A DNA stretch of 64,000 nucleotides from Eledone cirrhosa (Eukaryota), in NCBI GenBank assembly GCA_964016885.1, contig OZ024742.1:156922001-156986000 (forward strand). The letters run 5' to 3'. Position 1 is the first letter of the stretch, and each line of letters starts with the position of its first letter. The translations under genes were made by a program, and so were the position numbers. Shown piece by piece: positions 56,301-64,000 of the stretch. A model generated the notes under the pieces. It ran no database searches. It was not told where the DNA came from and worked only from the letters and a program-made list of their open reading frames with translations.

Positions 56301-56796
56301 TGAGGCTCTTGCACCCTCCACCCCTATCCGCTAATCCCACACAGTCCCAGCGTGCATCTAAGATCCCGTTCCAGTCGCCCACTAACACTAAAGAGCGGGA
56401 CGTTCCAAGAAAGGTCTCCAGACGCCGGAAGAAATCAGGCCGCCCTGCTCCTGTCGGGGCATAGACGGCCACTAGCCTGAAAGCTTGCCCGTCTCCGCTG
56501 GTCATGTCCAGCACCACCAGCTTACCCTCTGGGTCCAGGAAGATGGCCCGTATGGCGAGATCCAAACCTCTCCGAAAAAGCACAGCAACTCCTCCACCCG
56601 ATCCAGGACGGCTGGGAGATGCGTACACATCGTAGCCGCCGAAGATCGGTGCGAAGGCCCGTGCTTCGGAGATTCTGGTCTCGCTGATGGCCACTACATC
56701 TATGTTTAGTGACCTGAGGTCGTTGAGCAGGTGACCCTGCTTCCATGACGACCCCAAGCCACGCGCATTTATGCTGCCTATTCTGAGTGAGGTCAT
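53377..56796 (-). pseudogene. Tx1-A ORF2 (APE-RT) with one premature stop at 55336-55338
   Basis: ORFs 55336-56796 and 53377-55311 are in the same frame; CAA (Gln) in the other copy is TAA here. Confidence 0.95.
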
Positions 56797-56830
56797 GTTT
56801 AAATAGAGTGGAAAAGATGGGAAAGACCAC

Positions 56831-57916
56831 TTACCGTACTTTTGGTAGAGGAGGGATGGTTTTTACATCCCTTTTCACTTGATCGACTGGTGAAGGGACC
56901 GTTGAATCGTCCCTTCGGCTGGTCGTCGGCTCTTCTAAGAGAATGTCTGAATATACTCTTCGATTGATGGTTCCTCCTAGGTCCCTGAAATCACCAACTG
57001 CGTTGGTGAATTTCGTTTTAATGTTTGTGTATTGTTTCTGTGCTATTTTTAGCAGTCTTATGTTAGTTTGCGTTTTGATTGGTGCTGGTATTATGTAGTC
57101 CTGTTGTGAAATGTCTGTGTGTTCAATTATGTAAGTCATTAGTTTCTTGTTGTGTGTGTTTATTGCCGTGCATTTGTTTTTCTGGGGGTGGGGTGTGGTT
57201 CTGCTATTTTCTTGTCGTTGTTGCTGGGTGTGTGTGTTTTGTTGTTGTGTTTGCGATGTTGGTGCTTGTGGTGGTGGTGTTGAAGGTGTTGTTGGCGGTG
57301 GGGTTGTCGCCGGTGGTGATGGTGGTGCTGGTGTGGGTGGTGATGGCGTTGGTGGTGTTGCTGCTGTGGGTCTCTTTGCAGTAGACTTTACCCTTTTCTC
57401 ATTTCTTTCCTCCCTTTTCAAAGGCGACGATGCGCTGCTTCTGCGTTTGTGCCTTCTTGCGACCTTTTGCCATCCCTCTCCCACCTCACACTCCATGTCT
57501 GATTCTGTAAGGTCGGGGAGGGGTACCAGCTCCACTCTTTCACTTGTTGTTGTTGGTGATGTTTGCACTGGAGTCTCTGTTGCAGCTGCATTTGGTATTG
57601 CTGTTGTTGTTGTTAATATTTCCACTGCTGCTGCTGTCTTTGATTTCCGTGGAGTGGGTATGGGTGCCACGGACCTATCGTTCCTGGTTGCCGCTTGTCC
57701 TGTTGCTGGTAGCCGTGGAGCCGGATTTGGAAGGAGGGGGGTTTTCTCCTTTCTCAGGGTCTTCTCGTTGCAGAAGGCCCTGAGGTGAGTCTTCGATCCA
57801 CAGCGAAAGCATTTCGGGCGTTTGCCCTCAACACTTATGGGCAGTTGAGTGCCGTTATCGAAGTCTATCACATCCGGGATAGCTTCGATGCACTCCTGGT
57901 TGGTTTGGATTAGCAT
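56831..57916 (-). CDS. Tx1-A ORF1 C-terminal half (5'-truncated), CCHC knuckle
   Basis: CFRCGSKTHLRAFC followed by a Pro/Thr-rich region. Confidence 0.85.
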   Translation of the reverse strand: MLIQTNQECIEAIPDVIDFDNGTQLPISVEGKRPKCFRCGSKTHLRAFCNEKTLRKEKTPLLPNPAPRLPATGQAATRNDRSVAPIPTPRKSKTAAAVEILTTTTAIPNAAATETPVQTSPTTTSERVELVPLPDLTESDMECEVGEGWQKVARRHKRRSSASSPLKREERNEKRVKSTAKRPTAATPPTPSPPTPAPPSPPATTPPPTTPSTPPPQAPTSQTQQQNTHTQQQRQENSRTTPHPQKNKCTAINTHNKKLMTYIIEHTDISQQDYIIPAPIKTQTNIRLLKIAQKQYTNIKTKFTNAVGDFRDLGGTINRRVYSDILLEEPTTSRRDDSTVPSPVDQVKRDVKTIPPLPKVR

Positions 57917-58790
57917 CTCAATGGATAATAATAATTAGGGAAGAAGACGCACGAGGTGACGGAGGTCATGAAATCGCTCCCGTAAGTTTTGAATTTTTAA
58001 CATGTTTAAATCATTTGTGAAATAACAACTCTTAGTACAAATGCTACGTAAAGCACCCGGCTTGAGCCCAAAAAAATTCGGACCCAAAATATATTGTTAT
58101 AAGGCTCAAATATTCAAATATTCAACTTTATATTGTACACTGTATATCCAAAAAAGAAAATGGCTATAAATGGAAGAAGAACCCCCCCTCCTCCTCTGTC
58201 TACACTATATAGAACAGCCAAACTCACCAACACCAGAAACTAGATACACAACCCACCCCATCACCTGTGTACACTAAACCACCACCGCTCACTACGGCCA
58301 TCATTACAACCATTATCCCATCACCGCCGCCACCACCCCTTCACTCCTTCACTGCTACCACCGCTACAGCACCATCACTACAGTAATACGGTCACATCAC
58401 CGCCACCACTGCCTCGGTATCGACATCACCACCACCACTGTCTCAGTATCGCTACCGCCGCCAGACTCCCACCACTTCTAGCTGGCTGCTGCCACCACAT
58501 TATAGAATCCCTACTGCTAAAAAAGAGGAAGGCATCAAAATATATAGATAGACTCAAAAGAAAAAAGAAAAAACAAACAACAAAACCAAAGCAGCACAGC
58601 AACAACAGCAAAAAACGAGAAAAACAAACAGAGAAAAAAAAAAAAAAAAAAAACCAAAAAACGTAAAGAAAATAAGAATGAAGAGAGAAGCAGGCGGACG
58701 GACAGAGAAGAGGGGGGAAAAACTAAAACTTAAAAAACAAAAACTAAGTCAGACATTCGAACACTACATTACAATGAAACTTATGCTTAT

Positions 58791-61700
58791 TCATTTTTGG
58801 GGCCCTTTCTGCCTGTGTGTTTGTTTGTTTATGTGTGTTCGTATACAGCGTGGTGATAATGCCACACAAGGGCCAAGTGGAATGGCGGATCCACAGATGG
58901 ATATGTAACCATACATTCGCCAATCCTCGATAAGAGTGTTTAAATATCGAACATAAACAGTTCGAATAACGGTGAAATGGAGACTAGAAGGTCATGTGAC
59001 AGACTCTCACCCAACAGGTGCCCCCTGGCTCAGCAGCAGGAACCTGACTGTCAACCAAATACTGCTGCTGTTGGCGGAAGGAGAAGAAGGAAAGGGGCCA
59101 GAACCAACTGGACGAAATAATTGAATAGAACTGTTATGCAATGTTACCTGAAAAGTAACCCCAAGGAGAGGGGCTACAGGAGACGGATGCATAACATCTG
59201 GAACGAGATTGGTTTATTTAAATTAGATGAACAAAAATTGGCCGGGCAGGCTCGGGTAATAAGAACTAATGGATGGATAAGCGAGCTGGAACTGGAGGAA
59301 CTGAGCAGAGAGAATGGCTTGGAGATGGCGGGTGTAGTATGCCAGACAAGCGAGCCAGTGGGAAATGAAGGTGAAGAGGTCCTGAGAACGGAGGAACCAC
59401 CCGAAGCAGACAATGATCTGAATACTGAGATAAATAATACCTGGAACAGAGATACGGCCACTGAGGAGATGAATGCTGACGGGCTAGGACAAGATTCGGT
59501 TGACATCCTAAATTTAGTGGTAGATGAATTGAACAATGATAGTGGGAGACCTATGAACCTAAGATTTGTAGACAGGAAAAAGTTAAAAGAAACAACAGCT
59601 AAGGTAAACAAAGTCATCCCATACCTTGAGGCGAGGAGCCTTCACCAGTGCAACAATATCCTCAAAGCAACAGCAAATACGGTGAGGAAACTACTTGGTA
59701 TAAAAGCGAGAGGAAACAACAGACAAGAAAGAGCAGAGCCGTGGTGGAAGAAGCGACTGAGTGGGCAAATCGGGGAAATGAGAAATGACATAGGAAAGCT
59801 TGAGTCACTACTGAATGGGACACTAAAAAACATAGGCACTAAAAATAGACTGGAAATAAAATACAAAACTAGGAGGAAAAAGCTAAATATTATCATAGAG
59901 GAACTGAAGCAACGCATTGTAGCAAAGAGTGCAAAAATCAGGCGATACGAGAACAGAGTCAGTCAGTATAAACAGAACCGCATGTTCGACAACAACCAGA
60001 AGATGCTGTTTGGACAGCTTGAGGGGAAAGAAAGAGGCAACGACTTGATCCCTGGGGCGGAGCAAACTAAAACATTCTGGAGAGGAATATGGGAGCAGGA
60101 TGTTAGACACAATGCCCAGGCAGGGTGGATTGAGACAGTACAGAGGGAGATCGGTGAGCAGGCACAACAACAAACTGATTTGAGTATCACAGTTGAAACT
60201 CTTAAGGGGCAGGCCAAAAAACTAACCAACTGGAAATCACCAGGCCCAGATGGTGTGCAGGGGTATTGGATTAAACATTTAACATCCCTCCACCCGAAGC
60301 TGACGGCCATGTTCAATGACTGCTTGGTGTCAGGTGAGGTGCCAGAGTGGTTGACAAAAGGTACCACAGTTCTGATAATGAAAGACCGAATCAAGGGTAA
60401 CGAAGTTACCAACTATAGACCTATCACATGTCTGCCCGTAATGTGGAAACTGTTGACGAGCATTGTGTCTGAGGAAATCTACCATCACCTCCACACAAAC
60501 AACTTGTTACCGGACGAACAGAAAGGATGCCGAAAGAAGTCACGTGGTACAAAGGACCAGTTACTTATTGATAAGATGGTAATGGGGAATTGCAGGAGGA
60601 GACACACTGATCTTGCCATGGGATGGATAGACTACAGAAAGGCATTTGACATGGTGCCTCATTCCTGGATCACCAAAAGCCTGGAGATCTTCAGGGTGGC
60701 AGATAACATCAGACAGTTGCTAGGCAGGAGTATGGGGTCCTGGGAGACAGAGTTGACATCAACTGGAGTATCCTTGGGAAGCGTGAAGATCAAGAGAGGT
60801 ATCTTCCAGGGAGATAGCCTGTCCCCTCTGTTGTTTGTCCTTGCCCTGATGCCCTTGACCATTATGCTGCGAAAAGTGAGAGCAGGATACAAGTTGGGAA
60901 GGGGAGAGCTTACCATCAATCACCTCCTCTTCATGGACGATCTTAAGCTCTTCGGGAAAAGTGAGAAGGAGTTGGATGTGCTTGTTGACACTGTCCGTAT
61001 TTTCAGCAGTGATATATGTATGCAGTTTGGTATTGGTAAATGTGGAGTCATTGTGATGAAGAGGGGTAGGTTGAGCAGAAGTAACGGGATCCAGATAACA
61101 ACAGGTGAGATGATAAAGGAAATTGACTCTGAGGAAGGATACAAGTATTTGGGCGTTCTGGAGGCTGATGGCATAAAGAACAAAAAAATGAAGGAATTGT
61201 TAAGAACTGAATACATTCGGAGAGTAAGGAGCGTATTGAAGTCACATCTGAACAGCAGAAATGCCATAAGCGCAGTAAATTCCCGAGCTGTGTCTATTAT
61301 TAGGTACAGTGCGGGAATTCTGAGATGGAATGTTGCTGAACAAAAAGAAATGGATAGGAAGACTAGGAAGCTATTGACTATCTACAACATGTTCCACAAG
61401 AGGAGTGATGTCGATAGACTCTACCTAAGGAGATCTGAGGGTGGAAGAGGTCTTATCAGCATAGAGGACTGTGTTCAGATGGAGAAAAACAACCTATACA
61501 AATACGTGACCTATAGTAAGGAGCCAATGCTCAGAACTGTACTGAAGGAGGGGACAGTAGGCCAGGGGATATCCAAGGAGGAAATAACATCAAGGAGGGA
61601 GAGCAGCCTTAAGGGAAAATCCCTTCATAGTACCTTCTTTGAGAAAACTGATTTTAGAGATCCACAGACATTGAACTGGTTGAGAAGAGGAGACCTCAAA

Positions 61701-62444
61701 AAGGCTACAGAAGGAATGCTAATGGCTGCGCAGGAGCAGGCCCTCAAAACGAAGTGGTTGAAGCACCATATCTACAAGGAGGAGGCTAGCCCACTGTGCA
61801 GGATCTGTGGAGAGAGAGAGGAGACTGTGGCTCACATTGTGTCCGGGTGTAAACACCTAGCCCAGACCCACTATAAGGACTGGAGACATGATGTGATGGG
61901 CAGGGTGATCCACTGGCACCTGTGCAAAGTAAACAATCTACCACATTCTGAGAAATGGTATGAGCATAGGCCAGAGGCGGTGATGGAGAACGATCAGGTG
62001 AAGGTGCTGTGGGATTTAAGGATACAGACGGACAAAAAACTGGAACACAATAGACCTGACCTGGTGGTTGTGGACAAAGAAAAAAGATCGTGTCTGATTG
62101 TGGATGTGGCCTGCCCGTTCGACACGAGAGTGCAAGAGAAGGAGAGGGAGAAAATTAACCGATACCAGGACCTAAAGTGGGAGGTGAAAAGGATTTGGAA
62201 CTGCCATGAAGTCAAAGTGATCCCGATTGTCATAGGCGCACTGGGGACTATCTCCAAAAGTTTCCAGGGATGGTTAAAGAAAATCGGCCCCTTCACGCTT
62301 TTTGGAACGCTTCAAAAGGCATGCTTGCTTGGAACAGCAAGAACCCTCCGATACGTCCTGAATATCTGAGGCTGCAGGTAGTGGCTTGATATTCAATCCA
62401 ACGGACTTTCCAGTTAACCAACATCAATGACTGAGATTCAAGGA
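58791..62444 (+). mobile_element. Full-length Dong/R4-clade RLE retrotransposon, family A
   Basis: Single long ORF, short 3' UTR, (AAT)n tail; 5' boundary approximate. Confidence 0.93.
58977..62369 (+). CDS. Dong/R4 ORF: RT + CCHC + restriction-like endonuclease; probable true ATG 58977, premature TAA 59118-59120, then 1082 open codons
   Basis: PGPDG, NYRPITCL, EQKGC, WIDYRKAFD, GIFQGDSLSP, FMDD, YKYLG, CRIC..HIVSGC, RHD, NRPDL..IVDVACP..EKINRY. Confidence 0.95.
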
Positions 62445-62478
62445 ATAACAACAATAATAATAATAATAATAATAATAA

Positions 62479-62592
62479 TTGTTTCTACTTTTGGCACAAG
62501 CCCAGCAATTATCCCAGTGCATTACTGGTACTTTTGTTTTATAAACCCCGTAAGGATGAAAGGCAAAGTTAACCTCGGCAGGATTGAACTCA

Positions 62593-62593
<1 letters not shown>
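62479..62593 (-). mobile_element. 5'-truncated SINE between Dong and Tx1 tails
   Basis: TTGTTTCTACTTTTGGCACAAG..GGATTGAACTCAG flanked by (TAA)n. Confidence 0.9.
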
Positions 62594-62635
<42 letters not shown>

Positions 62636-62636
<1 letters not shown>

Positions 62637-64000
62637 CTTTCTGTATTAACCACAAGGGTTTACACAAAGTAGACATTAATGACAGTACAGGACAATACAG
62701 GAGGGTACAAAGGGGCATTTTCTCTATAGCTAAAGCCTTACTAGACCTAATGTACTCTATTCTAATCGCTCTTTTCAGAGCAAACCACCACTTTTTTGTT
62801 GACGATGGCCCCCGTCAACGCCCACTTAACTAGTTAGTTAAGCCGGTCTCTGTAGGCCTTGCGCGCTGGTAAGGACGCGTTTAGCTTCCAGTAGCCGGGT
62901 CCTCGTCTATGAAGCCTATCTAAGTGAAGCACAAAGATCACGAATGTGTGGTCCGTGTAGCTGACTATCTTGAATTGTGGACAGCCTATGCTAGACCTGT
63001 CTATTTCCCTACAAAATACTCTATCTAGATATGATCTGGATGACCCTATACTATTTGTCCAAGTCCACATTGGCACATTCGTGAAATCCAATCGGTACTG
63101 TCAGACAGTTCAAAACGTCTGAGCAGGTTGGTGAGGTTCTTGCACCCTCCTCCCCTATCCGCTAATCCCACACAGTCCCAGCGTGCATCTAAGATCCCGT
63201 TCCAGTCGCCCACTAACACTAAAGAGCGGGACGTTCCAAGAAAGGTCTCCAGACGCCGGAAGAAATCAGGCCGCCCTGCTCCTGTCGGGGCATAGACGGC
63301 CACTAGCCTGAAAGCTTTTCCGACTCCGCTGGTCACGTCCAGCACCACCAACTTACCTTCTGGGTCCAGGAAGATGGCCCATATGGCGAGATCCAAACCT
63401 CTGCGAAAGAGTACAGCAACTCCTCCCCCCGATCCAGGACGGCTGGGAGATGCGTACACATCGTAGCCGCCGAAGATCAGTGCGAAGGCCCGTGCTTCGG
63501 AGATTCTGGTCTCGCTGATAGCCACTATATTTATGTTTAGTGACCTGAGGTCGTTGAGCAGATGGCCCTGCTTCAGTGACGACCCCAAGCAACTCGCATT
63601 TATGCTGCCTATTCTGAGTGAGGTCATGTTGAAATGGAGTGGAACAGATGGGAAAGACCACTTACCTTACTTCTCGTAGAGGAAGGATGGTTTCTCCATC
63701 CTTTTCACTGCTTCTGGCCTCCTCCGGAAGGATGTCCTTATAAATCATCCCGGAGAGTGCTTGTTGGAAGTCTCCGATGTCTTTGGGAAATGTTTGTTTT
63801 AGTGTCGTGTACATTTTCTGTGTGATGCGAGTGATTTGTATGTGTGGAGTAGGTGTGAACTTGTGGGTTGTTGTGTAGACTTTTTCTGTGATGCTGATGT
63901 TGTGTTGGATGTAGTGTAATAATTGCTTGTTGTTCAAATTTATTGCTGTGTAGTGTGTATCGTGTTGGTTGTTTTGTTTTGTTTGCGTTTGTTGTGGGTT
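62636..64000 (-). mobile_element. Internally deleted Tx1 copy (RT removed, junction ~62720); runs off the window
   Basis: 3' UTR ..GGGCATTT joined to the post-APE linker; APE ORFs 63046-63627 and 62834-63091; B-type ORF1 end 63662-63937. Confidence 0.9.

Larger units (their letters stand above)
53071..57925 (-). mobile_element. 5'-truncated young Tx1-A copy with its own (TTA)n tail and a 20-bp TSD
   Basis: ATAATAATAATTAGGGAAGA at 53051-53070 and 57925-57944; closely similar to 10314-15113. Confidence 0.95.

Noticed and set aside
58795-58930. HDV-like ribozyme in the Dong 5' UTR (also ~28330-28450)
   Set aside because: Hairpins exist (GGCCCT/AGGGCC, TGGCGGAT/ATTCGCCA), but I could not build the nested double pseudoknot by eye.

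Overview
AT-rich eukaryotic DNA with no supportable host gene, CRISPR array, rRNA or tRNA gene. The (TA)n/(TAA)n arrays and the tRNA-derived SINE suggest an animal, probably an octopus (inference from repeat content only). The window is a retroelement pile-up organised by two microsatellite niches. (TAA)n arrays hold R4/Dong-type RT+RLE elements (3 families, 8 copies), Tx1-type APE+RT elements (6 copies) and about 13 SINE copies. Polarity is strict: Dong ends in (AAT)n, while Tx1 and the SINE point the other way and end in (TTA)n. (TA)n arrays hold Penelope-like elements (PLEs) and their hammerhead ribozymes. Highlights: (1) a near-complete Naiad-type PLE with twin hammerhead pLTRs and an in-frame TGA at a conserved zinc-finger Cys, a candidate selenocysteine; (2) a 20-bp TSD showing that Tx1 brings its own (TAA)n tract, which is the Dong target; (3) a 3'-terminal motif shared by the SINE and Tx1; (4) a 2.9-kb inverted duplication that preserves a pre-insertion state and is bounded by a putative transposon end. 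All alignments and RNA folds were done by eye.
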